A stretch of 64,000 nt of DNA from Octopus sinensis (taxonomy: Eukaryota): contig NC_042999.1 in the NCBI RefSeq assembly GCF_006345805.1, forward strand, positions 153,636,001 to 153,700,000, read 5' to 3'. Made by a program: the position numbers and the translations under genes. Positions 1-13,054 of the stretch are shown one piece after another. The stretch's first letter is position 1, and each line of letters opens with the position of its first letter. The notes under the pieces are model-generated. The model searched no databases. It saw only the letters and a program-made list of their open reading frames with translations, and was not told the DNA's origin.

Positions 1-898
1 AACTCGGGCAGAGTCTGGGCGTCGACGAGGAACACCTGACCCGCCTGTTCAGGACAACTTTCGGGCCGGGACCTATGAACAATCACCAAAGATCCCTGGC
101 CTGGCAGTGCTATCGAGAAGCATTACCTGTTCGTGATAAGCTCTACAGACACGGTTCCAGACACACTGGACCGACTTGCCCGAGATGCGGTCAGAGCGAC
201 GAAACCGTTCTGCACGCACTCGTGCAATGTCCAACCATTTCCGACCTGTGGGCTTATGCCGAACGGCTGCTGTCACGTGTGGGACGAATCCGCCTATCGG
301 CCGGGTCTATCGTGAGAATTGCTCCGCCCCCTTCCCTCAACCGGGAAGGCAAGGCAGTTTCATCGTACTAGTGGCCATGGTGAAAGAATGTGTGTGGTGG
401 ACTCGAGCGAAAGGATTAGAGACAAACACTTACCTCTCTGGCCAATCGCTCATCAACTTTTTCAAGTACCACTTGAAAAGGAAGGTGAGAATGGAGAGGG
501 AAGTTTTGTCTCGCGAAAGATTCAAAAAAAGATGGGTGAATGTTGCAAAGATGGTGCGTGCTAGTAACGAAACCATTTTGAGCATGATCCTGTAGATCGT
601 AAAAAAGAAAGAAAGAGAGCATTTTGATCTCATGTGGTTATTTCCTCCCTGACTGAGGTTCCCGTGGTCTTTTCTGTAGGCTTTTCTTCCCACGGATGAA
701 CCCAATCTTGTTATATCAATGTTTATATCATTATTTCTGTGATACACGATTTCCTTTTTTTTTCCTTTTTTCCCTCCTCTCGATCCCTTTTGATCGCAAT
801 CTTACATTTATTTTCTTTTTTTCCACCCTCGAAAAGAAAAGCTCTGCATTTGTATTTGTCCCCTCTGTATTCAGCCCTGTGTGGCTAATAAAAGAAAG
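1..898 (+). mobile_element. L1/Tx1-clade non-LTR retrotransposon 3' end (ORF2 C-terminal zinc-binding region plus 3' UTR), frameshifted
   Basis: Translation LAWQCYREALPVRDKL...CPRCGQSDETVLHALVQCP matches the zf-RVT pattern of L1/Tx1 ORF2. The 3' UTR ends ccctgtgtggctaataaaagaaag, directly followed by (ATCT)n. Confidence 0.8.
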
Positions 899-900
899 TT

Positions 901-982
901 ATCTATCTATCTTCTATCTATCTATCTATCTATCATCTATCTATCTATCTATCTATCTATATCTATCTATATCTATCTATCA

Positions 983-1021
<39 letters not shown>

Positions 1022-1036
1022 GATTTACCTACCTAC

Positions 1037-1087
<51 letters not shown>

Positions 1088-1150
1088 CCTATCTATCTGT
1101 CTATCTATCTATCTATCTATCTATCTATCAACAGTCTGTCTGTCTGTCTA
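901..1150. repeat. (TATC)n microsatellite
   Basis: Direct reading. Confidence 0.95.
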
Positions 1151-1569
1151 TCTACTTATTTAGCACTAATTATTTTTCTATTTATATATTTCTCTCTCTT
1201 TCCATCTCTCTATCTCTAACCCTTTATGTATGTGAGTGTGCTTGAGCGCGTGTATATAATCTTTGGATATAAATAATTTTCAAAGTGCATATCCAAAACA
1301 TGTCAATGCATAAGGAGATTAAGATTAGTACCTATATACGTTTTTTAATTATTATTACAGTAAATTAAACAGTGCATTTTAATTTAAATATGCCCTACAT
1401 GTTTCTACTGCGTGGATATCTCACGATATGGCTTTTCTTTGCATCCAGTTTGTTTTTCTAGTTAAGATTCTATGCAATTCTACCCAAAGTGTTGCACAAT
1501 CTTGTGGTTTGAAGCTAAGAGTGTATGTCTGCATGTGCATATATATATATTATAATATATATATATATA

Positions 1570-1761
1570 TATTAAATTAGAGATAAAACCACTATTAGGC
1601 AAATCATACAATGAAAAACTTAAGCCAAAAAAAGATAATTAATTATCTTTTTTAATAATTTTGATATATATTTAAATAATATAAATTAATTAATCTTATG
1701 TATTGGCTTAAGTTTTTCATTGTATGATTTGCCTAATAGTGGTTTTATCTCTAATTTAATA
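1570..1761. repeat. Fold-back element with perfect 59-bp inverted arms, in (TA)n
   Basis: 1570-1628 is the exact reverse complement of 1703-1761. Confidence 0.85.
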
Positions 1762-1839
1762 TAATATAATACTTTACTATAAAATTGGATTCAATCATAA
1801 ATCTGATTTTCCCTGTAAGTTTGGATTTATTCCCTAATA

Positions 1840-1877
<38 letters not shown>

Positions 1878-2479
1878 TATATATATAATATATATATATA
1901 TAGCGCTTTTCACAAGGCTTTGGTCAGCAAAAGGCGACCATGTGGTTGGAAAGCAAACGTCTTACACAGTCGTACCTTTCGTAAATTTTAAACGCCATTT
2001 TTGTTTCCCGACTGTTTCTACACACACACACACACAGAGGAAATTACGTCGAATAATGATATGAATTGTGTTACTTTTGTTAGTCGGTGATACATTGCAT
2101 GATGTACAATGAAATACGCAAAAACAATTTTAATTAACTGAAATTCTAGTTGGAGAAAAAAAAACAGAAAACAACTCTAATAGTTACAAATCTAATACTA
2201 ATTGTTATTCATTCACAAAGAAAAAGTGAGTGCAATTTTCTAGAAATTTAGAATTCATTTCACGGAAAATTAAATTTTCCTGCTCAGAGGAAAAAACCTG
2301 ATCCTTTTTTTAGCAGCAGGCAAAATGATAGCTTTGATAAATAGCAAAACAGCTTACATAGGTTCGCTTTTCACATTTGCTTCTTCTTTGGTAGTATAAA
2401 TTTGCATAGCTACGTTAACTGAACGAACAGTACATGCAATTGTATGTGTGTACATATTTATGTGCGTGCGTGACTGAGC

Positions 2480-3380
2480 TTGTGGCATACGCTTGATGTT
2501 TGTAAGTGTGTAGGGGCGAGTAGTGTGGAGAGAAGTTACAAGAAGGTAGATGGTGAGTTGAGACCAAACGGCGTATGAATTTGAAGAGAAAAGAAAAAGT
2601 GCTACTCCTTGGAAAGTCTGGGTGTTGTGGATCCGTTATCCAAGACCAAGCTTAATACTGTAAATTGTTGTGTGGAGTAGTTTTCCTACTGGAAATGACG
2701 GGAAACGGAGGTCTTTTTAGGAGACGAATGTCTCATAAGAACTCGGTGAATTGGTTTGCAAAACGGTGACCGGTTTGACCAATGTATAAGAATCTGCAGA
2801 GAGGGCGTTTAATACAGTAGATGATGTGGAGATGCAAGAGAAAGAATTATCTATATGAGTTGTGCAGGAGTTGGTTTCTGTGAAGGAAGTGGTGTTTGTG
2901 AGAAACTGGCAGATGTGACAAAGGTGTCCGGACTAGGGAAGAATCCTGAGTGTGCAAAATTGGGAGCGTAGAGGGAGCTACGGACCAGAAAGTCGCATAT
3001 GTTTCAGGAGCGTTTGAAGGAGAGTAGAAGTTTGCTAAGAATAAGAAGAATGGTAGGATGAGGTAGATGAGTCGTGAGGCAAGTAAAATTTTTCTGGTGA
3101 AAGAGTAGGTTGGAAAAGTGGAAAAGGAGATGAAAAGACATACAGCTGGGGTAAGTGTGAGGAGAAAGGGTAGAGGTGCAATCAGTTTGATGGCTTCGAG
3201 TTAGGGTGGCTTGGACAAGAGTGGAGGTTATTCACGACCTATAAAGGGACGAGTTAAATATTGAGGCTGAGTGTCAAAATCTTACTCGCGGTTACACAGG
3301 CGACAAAAACGAAGGAATTGAGAGCATGAGATGGTACATTTGGTGTTGGAGGGGTGGAAGGGAGAAAAATCGAGGTAAGA
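2480..3380 (-). mobile_element. Degenerate Penelope-like element, RT C-terminus plus GIY-YIG endonuclease
   Basis: Broken minus-strand translation gives DFLVRSSL..., VSRHF, RLSKE.HFFFSLQIHTPFGLNS, typical of PLE C-termini. Confidence 0.65.
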
Positions 3381-3460
3381 GAGAGAGAGAGAGAGAATAG
3401 ATTCATATGAGTATACTTACTTCTATCTATATATCTATATTCTATACACACACACATATA

Positions 3461-3518
<58 letters not shown>

Positions 3519-3611
3519 TATATTAGATATATGTAATATATATATACATAGATATATATATATAATATGTACATATATATCATAGATATATATATTATAT
3601 ATATATATACA

Positions 3612-3651
<40 letters not shown>

Positions 3652-3660
3652 ATATATATA

Positions 3661-3714
<54 letters not shown>

Positions 3715-4512
3715 ATATTGTGTGTGTGTGGAGTGTGCGTATGTGTGTGTTTTCTGATGGTGTAAAAATGTTCGCTTCACTCTTTCTATGATAAGTCTAT
3801 GTTGATTAATACCGCTGAATGAAATTTGATCGTTATGTGGTATGTATATCTGTTTGTATGTATGTATAAATGAATGTGTATATATATATAATATATGCAT
3901 ATATATATATAATATATGCATATATATATATAATATATGCATATACATACATATACATATTATATATGCATATATTTATACATACACATATATATACATA
4001 TATATATATATATACATACATATGTGTATATGTATTTACATATATATATATACATATATATGTATATATATATACATACATATATATATATACGTACATA
4101 TATACACATTCAATCACCTATCTGCGTATGCGTGTTACGCATTGAGATAAAGAAATAAAAATGAAAAGAAAAAGAAATTAATTTATTCAAGGTTGTCATG
4201 ATGTAACGAAATAATTAAGTAATTAAATTAAATATGTATGCAATTAATCTAATTAGTATTTGAATGGAATGAAAAGAGCAAAAAATTTATCATTATTATT
4301 GGAAAAATATTTGAATAAATGAGTTTTAGGAAAGATTAAATGTCTTGTGTGTCTTTCCATATTACATCGATGATCACCATTTGTATAGAAGGCTGGCGGT
4401 TTGCTGGAGTATCAGGCAAAATCTCTTTGTTCACGCTCTTTATGTTTTGAGTTCGAGTACCACTGATATCAACTTCGGTTTTCATCATTTTTATTTCTTT
4501 ATTGCCCACAAG

Positions 4513-4925
4513 GGCGTAGGAGTGGCTGTGTGGTAAGTAGCTTGCTAACCAACCACATGGTTCCGGGTTCAGTCCCACTGCGTGGTCTTGGGCAAGGTGT
4601 CTTCTGCTATAGCCCCGGGCCGACCAATGCCTTGTGAGTGGATTGGTAGACGACGAAACTGAAAGAAGCCTGTCGTATATATGTATATATATGTATATAT
4701 GTGTATGTGTGTGTTGTGTGTGGTGTTTGTCCCCGTAGCATTGCTTGACAACCGATGCTGGTGTGTTACGTCCCCGTCACTTAGCGGTTCAGCAAAAAGA
4801 CCGATAGAATAAGTACTGGCTTACAGAGAATAAGTCCCGGGGTCGATTTGCTCGACTAAAAAGGCGGTGCTCCAGCATGGCCGCAGTCAAATGACTGAAA
4901 CAAGTAAAAGAGTAAAGAGTAAGGG
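4513..4925 (+). mobile_element. tRNA-derived SINE family 1 (head - internal TA/TG microsatellite - body - CR1-like tail)
   Basis: A/B-box-like head (tggctgtgtggtaag...ggttcagtccc); tail ggcggtgctccagcatggccgcagtcaaatgactgaaac. Many copies in the window. Confidence 0.9.
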
Positions 4926-5095
4926 GTTAAACACACAGAAGACAAACAAGGACAGACAAACGGGTACTTAAATCCCAAAAGGATTTAAGGCAAAGTCGAC
5001 CTCGGCGGAATTTGAACTCAGAACGTAGCGGCAGACGAAATACTCCTAAGCGTTTCGCCCGGCGTGCTAACGTTTCTGCCAGCTCGCCGCCTTAA
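4925..5095 (-). mobile_element. tRNA-derived SINE family 2, tail-A type, truncated
   Basis: Reverse complement of ggcggcgagctggcagaaacgttagcacgccgggcgaa...gaggtcgactttgcc. Confidence 0.85.
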
Positions 5096-6613
5096 TTTAA
5101 TTTTCAGTATTCTAGGTTCGATATAATAAAGTACCAACAAAGTACTGGGGTAGATTTAATTCTTTGTCCATCTGTGACAATGCGGGATAATCTAGCATAA
5201 GTGCATTGTATCCTAAATCATGAAGCCCCGATGACAGGTTTTGTAAGAGACGTATTTTCTGCTTATATATAAAAATGTGTGTGTGAGTGAGTGTGTGTGT
5301 GTGAGTGAGTGTGTGTGTGTGCGTGAGTGTAACCTGACCGGATTTCTTCTGCAATGTAAGGTGCGTTCTATTCCATTATATCCTTCCCCATCCACTAGGG
5401 AGCAGAGCAACTGTACGCCGAAACGGTCGTCATGGTAAATAAAGCTTATAGTACACTCTACGACGGGCCTCTTTCAGTTTCCGTCTACCAAATCCAATGG
5501 CAAGACTTTGTCCGGCTCGAGGCTAAAGCAGATACTTGCCCAAGATATCGCGCAGTGGAACTGAACCCGGATCCACGTGGTTTGGAAGCAAGCCCCTAAT
5601 CACACAGCCGCACCAGCATCTATGTGTGGCTCTTTATGAATTTTACAAACGTCAAACATTATCAAACATTATTAAATATTATTATCCCTCTGTGATTCCA
5701 CATTTTATACCGAAAAGTACAACAAACCCACTGACAGCAGTTGAACCCGTTATGCTTCAGTTGCTGGGTGAGAACGTGTTTCCTGTTATATCAAGCTGAA
5801 TGTATGCTTTCTTCTAGTAAATTTGTTCCAAAAATGCTTATCTGTTTTATCATAACTTTCCATCTCCGTTTTATCTTCACTGTACATTCCTATCAGGAAC
5901 TGTGGTTCAAAGAGAAGCTGGTTTAATTAGTAAGCTTTCAAAAAATATAGCTGCGATTAAATATTCCGGAAGAGTTGTTCGTTCAACACAAAAATGTAAT
6001 AGATCCTGTTATATAGAGTATATTAAAAAGTGAACGGAAAAATCTTTGATCAACTGATATCATCTAAGTAATTAGTATACGAAAGCTCTCACTAGGTTTA
6101 CAATATGAAAAAGAAAGATTTGAAATGGGATGAGTTGCTGATCTTTAAAACCAACAGATTAAGCAACTTGTGTATTTCAGACTTACCAGAGCGCCTTAGC
6201 GAGAACTTCTCATTTAATGTTTGGTGTGTGTGTGTGTGTGTGTGTGTGTCAGGGGGCGAAATGTTTGTAAATAGATAGATAGATAAATGAAATAGATATG
6301 CATATCTTTGTCATCAAGAGTGGGAAAGAGAAAGTGATTACATTGTCCGTTTTTTCCGTCCTTGTTTTTGTATACATTCGCTGCTTTCTTCCAAGGAATC
6401 TAATGCTCTTAGCTTAGTTTTTCCTTGGGGCTGGCCAGATTGGAGCAATCTCAAGTATAATCAGTCGAAATTGCGAGAATAATATGGTGCTTAACTGAGG
6501 AAAGGAAACTTTGAATGACCCATCTTTGTTTTCTTTGTATCGTCTGTCTGGATGTTTTGTTGTCCCTTTTTGTATCAACTGGCTGTCCGGATGCTTTGTG
6601 TTCTGTCCCATTT

Positions 6614-6706
<93 letters not shown>

Positions 6707-6799
6707 CGGCGTACGTACACTTTGTTCTCTTATCTGTAAGTACATATTTTTCAAAAACGTATATGAGTAACCCTTGTGTATAAGGAACCCCCTAATTTG

Positions 6800-7020
6800 G
6801 GGGAAAACGGTTTGCCCCTCCCTCACAATCTCTTGACAACCGATGTTGGTGTATTTACGTCCTCGTAACCTAGCCGTTCAGCAAAGGAGACCGATAGAAT
6901 AAGTACTAGGCTTACCAAAAATAAGTCCTGGGGCCGATATCTTCGACTAAAAACTCTTTAAGGCGGTGCTCCAACATGGCCATTGTCAAATGATTGAAAC
7001 AAGTAAAATAATAAAAGAAT
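6800..7020 (+). mobile_element. SINE family 1 body/tail
   Basis: gacaaccgatgttggtg...ggcggtgctccaacatggcc. Confidence 0.85.
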
Positions 7021-7279
7021 AAACTGATAAGAATTAGTAAAATTATCTACTTCTCAAGACTGGCTTACATGAAATCATCCAGCCATAGGGTAGAATATTC
7101 ACGCCTGGCTGAGTATGTGCGTTTTGCAGGATTGAATTCAGAAATTCAACGAACAAAGTACTTTTTTCTATTAGCACAACCTGCTCTACCTACTTATTGT
7201 TAAGTGTACTCTGCTATCATCAATTATATTGTTGTTTAGTCCCGCGTCAACCCTCGGGCAAGAGCGCCTACGATGAAAG

Positions 7280-7580
7280 AGGTCCTATCCGTGCCCATCC
7301 CAACTTTTAGTTATCTAAAGCTACAACATCTAGTGTGCCCTTAATTGCTTAATCTAGTCCTAGATAGAACTAAGGATTGTTCCGTTCGTGACCATCCTAC
7401 AATTTAAGAGTTGTTTGGAACTACAAATATCTAGCGTGTCCTTCATTGCTCAATCTACTTCTATACAGAACTAAGCGTCGTTTCATCCGTGACCATCCCA
7501 CCTCTTAAGAGCTTTCTAGGACTACGTTATCTAGTGTGCTCTTTAATAGATAATTTAGTGCTACGCAGAACTAAAGGTTT
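7280..7580 (+). repeat. Degenerate ~100-bp tandem repeat, 3 units
   Basis: cgtg(a/c)ccatcc recurs at ~7290, 7387, 7488; atctag(t/c)gtg and agaactaa recur with the same period. Confidence 0.75.
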
Positions 7581-8098
7581 GATTTCAGGGAAATATAGCT
7601 GCTATTTCTAGCAAATTTATCGACTTTATAGAGGTGTTTCCGTGGCCCATATCGTAGTGAAAATCAAGTTTGGATGCAATGGTCAAGAGGACGGAAACAA
7701 CTGGCGTCCACTACTCTGAGAATGGTCATTCTCATGTTTCATGGTAAATATTGCCGTTAAATAGCCCAAGACAGACAGCGTAAAATCTATGCCATATATT
7801 TATGTTATAAGACATCCATCTGTGTCTGTGTGTCAGCTGGTGAGCATCTCTCCTCGTGCCATTATAAGAAAGACTGCATGTAACAGTATCGATCTGTGAC
7901 TATGCAGATATGTCAATAAATACAGAATTAAGGACATATGTACTCAGGTGCACATAATGCATCAGAACAATGATGGGTATTTTTCTTCTCGGTTTTTATT
8001 TATAGATTAATACGTTAGCATGTCTCCGTGGATATATGTATATATGCATGTGTGCGTACATGCAAAGGCTCACACACACATACATACAAATACACACA

Positions 8099-8175
<77 letters not shown>

Positions 8176-8602
8176 GGTACATAGGTATTGGTATGTACAT
8201 AAAATACGTAATTTATATGCCATTGTATATATTATGTATACAAACATCCGCATGTGTTTTATATATATATATATATATATATAATATGTGTGTGTATATA
8301 TATATATATATATATACTCACACAAACGCACGCACATACATGCATACATACATACATACATACGCATGTACATACATACATGCATAATTACATTCATGCA
8401 TGCATACACACACAGATTCATGCTTACATGCATGCATACATGTACACATACATGTATGCATGCCCGCATACATACATACATGCATACATACATACACACA
8501 TACATACATACGTACATGCATACATACCTACATACATGCATACATACATACATACATAAACATACGATCTAAAATTGGTAGCATTTCTTTCTCAGACATA
8601 CA

Positions 8603-8644
<42 letters not shown>

Positions 8645-8667
8645 GAGAGAGAGAGAGATTGATAGAT

Positions 8668-8727
<60 letters not shown>

Positions 8728-8792
8728 TGTAATGCATGTATGTATGCATGTATATATTTACATATATATATACATGCATGCAAACACACATG

Positions 8793-8860
<68 letters not shown>

Positions 8861-9157
8861 CTCACACACACACATTTTGTCAGACGTTAGTCTGTCCTAC
8901 GTGTGACAGTAAGGTGATGCACAATATTCACGTGATAATATTAAGATAAAGAAAAATTATAAACTAATCTAAAATAAATTTTATAAAATAAACATCACAA
9001 ATCTAAAAGTTTAAACAATTTTGCAAATAGGGTGAGCTTGCAACTTTATCATTTGCAATCATCTCCTTTACTAAGGAAAATTATATATTCTTATATTGTC
9101 GTAAATTTAATTCAGGTATTCTCATTAGTAATCAGCAACCTATATTCTTGTGAACCC

Positions 9158-9394
9158 AAAATGGCGGTGTTGGAGTGGCGGGTTCAACAAGCTATGACGT
9201 CAATATTACGTCATTTCAAAATGGTTGCGTGTCGTTGCGCGATTGTTTGTTATTTATTATTTTGTTTGTTTGTTTGTGTGTGCGTGCGTGCGTGTGCGTG
9301 CGTGTTTGTAGTGCCTTTTTTTCCCTCTGTGTGTTATGAAGAATAGACCAAATCAGAGAAACAATGGCAAGTTGTTCGTTTGTTGCATGGCAAG
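9158..9394. promoter_or_regulatory. Candidate promoter motif cluster (YY1, two CRE/ATF sites, RFX X-box-like)
   Basis: AAAATGGCGG 9158-9167; TGACGTCA 9195-9202; TTACGTCA 9206-9213; GTTGCATGGCAAG 9382-9394; locally CpG-rich non-repeat sequence. Confidence 0.4.
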
Positions 9395-9525
9395 AAATAT
9401 AACACGTTCTAGTATTTCCTCTATTTTTGCAGTCAATTATGAGATTTTGAGCGGAAGAGTACATACATGCACACATACATACACACATATATGTGCATAT
9501 ATGCATGTATATGTACATGTGTGTG

Positions 9526-9557
<32 letters not shown>

Positions 9558-9567
9558 CGGGGTGGTG

Positions 9568-9855
9568 AGGCGCAATGGCCCAGTGGTTAGGGCAGCGGAC
9601 TCGCGGTCGTAGGATCGCGGTTTCGATTCGCAGACCGGGTGTTGTGAGTGTTTATTGAGAGAAGACATCTAAAGCTCCACGAGGATCCAGCAGGGGGGTG
9701 GGGGCGATCCCTGCTGTACTCTTTCGCCACAACTTTCTCTCACTCTTTCTTCTGTTCGCCAGCTCTCTTAGCCAGCGTGGTGGCGTCATTTGAAGACTAA
9801 AATAATGTGAAGCGCATTGTGACCAGCGATGTGTGGCAACATCTGATAGCCTGGT
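9568..9855 (+). mobile_element. tRNA-derived SINE family 3
   Basis: Head ggcgcaatggcccagtggttagggcagcggactcgcggtcg...ggtttcgattc; related copy at 28515-28815 (-). Confidence 0.8.
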
Positions 9856-9861
9856 TTTAAT

Positions 9862-9906
<45 letters not shown>

Positions 9907-10524
9907 AGATAGGGGTTGTAAATTCAACCCTCCATGGGATAACATATATCCAATATACTGTCTGTGTGTATGTGTGTATGTGTGTGGGTGTGTGTGTGTG
10001 TGTGTATACATATGACTAAGTATGTATGTGCGCACGTTTTGTGGATGTGCGTGCGCGTGTGTGTTTCCTAGCTAACTAACCGTAAAATTTCTATTGTAAT
10101 TCAAATTTAAAAGAATAGGCCAATCGAATGCTTCTGTGAAAATTAATACCATGCAAACGGAGGAATTCGACTGATTGCATATATATGCGGATGTCCGCTT
10201 GCATTGGATGGTACCGTGGTGGTGGTATTAACTTTATTGACTTTTTGTGAAATGACACATTTTAATATATTGGATTGTTTAATATATATGCCTGCATTGA
10301 GTGTGAGTATGTCTGTTGTGGTTTCTTGATGTTGGTTGAGGAGCTGTGGAGTTCAATATGGAACATTATTGTGTTTGTTGATGTATATTGATCTATATTG
10401 TTTATATTGTATTATTGTGTATATATATATATATATATATATATGTAAGAATATGAGTATGTATGCACACATATTTATATTTATATGTAAATTATTTAGG
10501 ATTTGTACTCATACTTGCATTAAA

Positions 10525-10637
10525 ATCTATGAAGAGGCCGTAAGATATTCTTGTTAATGTCTCATTTATACCTGCATTATATGGCTAATAGGTTAAATGA
10601 GACATACCTGTCTTCACGGCCGAAACAGCTGTCAGCT
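10525..10637 (+). ncRNA. Degenerate type-I hammerhead-ribozyme-like fold, long stem II
   Basis: (A)TGAAGA-GGCCG...ATGTCTCATTTA/TTAAATGAGACAT...CGGCC-GAA-ACAGCTGT(palindrome)-C; C3 position mutated. Confidence 0.5.
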
Positions 10638-10834
10638 ACAATGTAAATGTATTTCTATGTCTATATTAATGTATAATTATCATTGCTATTGTGTAGTGTT
10701 TTATTAAAGTATTGATTCGGTATTATCTGATAGTTGATGATTGATTTAGATATATTTCTCCATTTTCTCATTTCGTATATATATATATATATATATTATA
10801 TATGAATGTATGTATGTATTTGTGTGTCTGGTTG

Positions 10835-11020
10835 TCCTACTACCATCGCTTGATAACCGATGCTGGTGTGTTTACGTCCTCGTAACTTAGCGGTTCGGCA
10901 AAAGTGACCGACAGAATAAGTACTAGGCTTACAAAGAATAGGTCCCGGGTTGGATTTGTCCGACTAAAGGCAGAACTTCAGTATGGCCGCAGTCAAGTGA
11001 CCGAAACAAGTAAAAGAATA
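10835..11020 (+). mobile_element. SINE family 1 body/tail
   Basis: Sequence identity to the 4730-4915 segment. Confidence 0.85.
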
Positions 11021-11726
11021 ACAGAATATACATACATACACACACGCGCATATATACATACATACATACATGCATACATACATATATGTGTATGTGTGTG
11101 TGTGTCTTGGTATGTATGAATGTATGTATGTATATATGTATGTATGTATGTGTGTATGTATGTATGCATGTATGTATCTTGCGCGGGGACAGAAATAATC
11201 GGACTGAATACCCGAGGACCTATTTAGGAAAGAAAGGATGATTTGTATTTTGTAGCGTTCTTAGTTTAGCTTTCTCTATATATACTTTGTTTACATTCAT
11301 TTCCTCACCTCTCCGTTGGTCTGGTCTTCTTTCTCTTTTTACAATATCCACTCGCTGTTCCTCTCTGATCCGTGCTCTCTATCTGCGGTTACTTTCTCAA
11401 ACAGCTTGCGACCGTTTTCTTGTGCCTCCATAGTTTAGGCTAAATTAATCCTTATAAACAAATATCAACTTTCAAGCGAGCAGACGATAAATAATTACAC
11501 TAGTGTGCATGATTTAAGCGATGGGCAATATACAAAAATTTAATTCAGTAAAAAATACTTTTCACTATCAGCACATAACCCCCACCTCCACCATCACCAT
11601 CATCCCCTCTTTAGTTTTCAATAATAATGCTCATTTCATTTTATTTCAGTTTAGTTGTGTTTATATCTGCTTTTTCTTCTTCTTAAAGTATCTCGACTCT
11701 GATAATATAAACGCTATCAGCCTCTC

Positions 11727-11773
<47 letters not shown>

Positions 11774-12199
11774 AATATAAATGCTTCCCCTGTCCATATC
11801 TTTTTATCTGCCTTTCTTTAACCTCACCACCAGAACATCACCCTCTGCTAAATATTGTATCCTAAACATATCTCTTTCATTTACCTTTCCCTTCAGCTAA
11901 ATTCTTAACCACCAAATAACTTCGTTGTCCCTCATTCTCTTTCTCTCCTTACTCTCACCGCCTTTGCCTCTCGCTCTTCATCTCTCGTTTCAGCTAACTG
12001 CGTGACGCGTTTGGCCTTAGTGTTTTAATATTATACATAGTTTTCTACTTCTTCCTTCCTATTTCTTTTCAACGCTTTCTCTCATTCCCTCTTTCTCTTT
12101 CTTTCTCTCTCTCCCCCTCTCACTCTCTCTAACACACTCACACTTACACTACATCTCACCAACTCCACCTTCAGCTCTCTAACTAATTAAAGTATAACA

Positions 12200-12545
12200 C
12201 GTGAACGAGCAAGCAGAATGGGCAAGTGTTTTTTACTATAGCCTCGAGCCGACCAAAGCCTTGTGAGTAGATTTGGTAGACGGAAACTGAAAGAAGTCCA
12301 TCATACACACAAACACATACACACACACACACATATGTATGTGTGTATGTGTTTGTCCTCCCCACCCCATCAGTTGACAACAGATGTTGGTGTGTTTACG
12401 TCTCTGTAACTTAGCGGTTTGGCATAAGAAACCGATAGAATAATTACTAGGCTTACCAAAGAATAAGTCCTGAGGTCAAACTGTTCGACTAACAGACGGT
12501 GCTCCAACATGGCCGCAGTCAAATGACTGAAACAAGTAAAAGAAT
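12200..12545 (+). mobile_element. SINE family 1, partial head plus body
   Basis: gggcaagtgtt...gagccgaccaaagccttgtgag; same body and tail. Confidence 0.85.
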
Positions 12546-13054
12546 AAAATGCATGGAGAGAGAAAGAGAGATAGAGAGGGAGCGAAAGAGAGAGAGAGAG
12601 ACAAGAGAGAGACAAAGAGAGAGACAAAGAGAGACAAAGAGAGAGAGAGAGTCAATAGATGAGTTCTAGAAATGCTCAATATAGAAAAAACTTCGTAGTA
12701 CTCAAATGATTTGAATTTACACTTGGAAATCTTAATCGGGAACTATGTCCGCGAGGTAAAAAGGTGTTATAAGAGGAACCCAGGTGAGCTGATATAGAAG
12801 TGATCATGCAAATAAACACACCTGGTCTTATATAAAGATATACATATATACATGTAAATATATATATACTTCTAATATAAGGATAAAATTTTTCAAAAAA
12901 ACTATTTTATCAGTGGCCAGCATATTAAAATACCTGTTAAGGTGAAAATTATAAACAATTATAAATAAGGGCAAAAGAAAAAAATATCTTTGTCAATATG
13001 CTGAAAAATAGACTTTAGATCGTCTAACCCAGTGGTTCCCAAACTTTTTGGGAT

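Noticed and set aside
696-1219. ORFs made of IYLS, YIYI, MYVC, HTYI, NNN/III, poly-H/D repeats (here and throughout the window)
   Set aside because: Stop-free translations of microsatellites; no coding evidence
5112-5260. Tc1-like MLDYPALS peptide
   Set aside because: Too short, and the SPDLN motif is absent
6181-6223. Possible exon (DLPERLSENFSFNV on +, or a GTAAGT donor on -)
   Set aside because: Both strands give only half-convincing splice signals
9568-9650. tRNA gene-like sequences (also 4513, 28740-28815, 46153-46270, 56935)
   Set aside because: No closed cloverleaf or acceptor stem; they continue into SINE bodies
13029-13052. hAT-like TIR cagtggttcccaaac
   Set aside because: No partner TIR or TSD found
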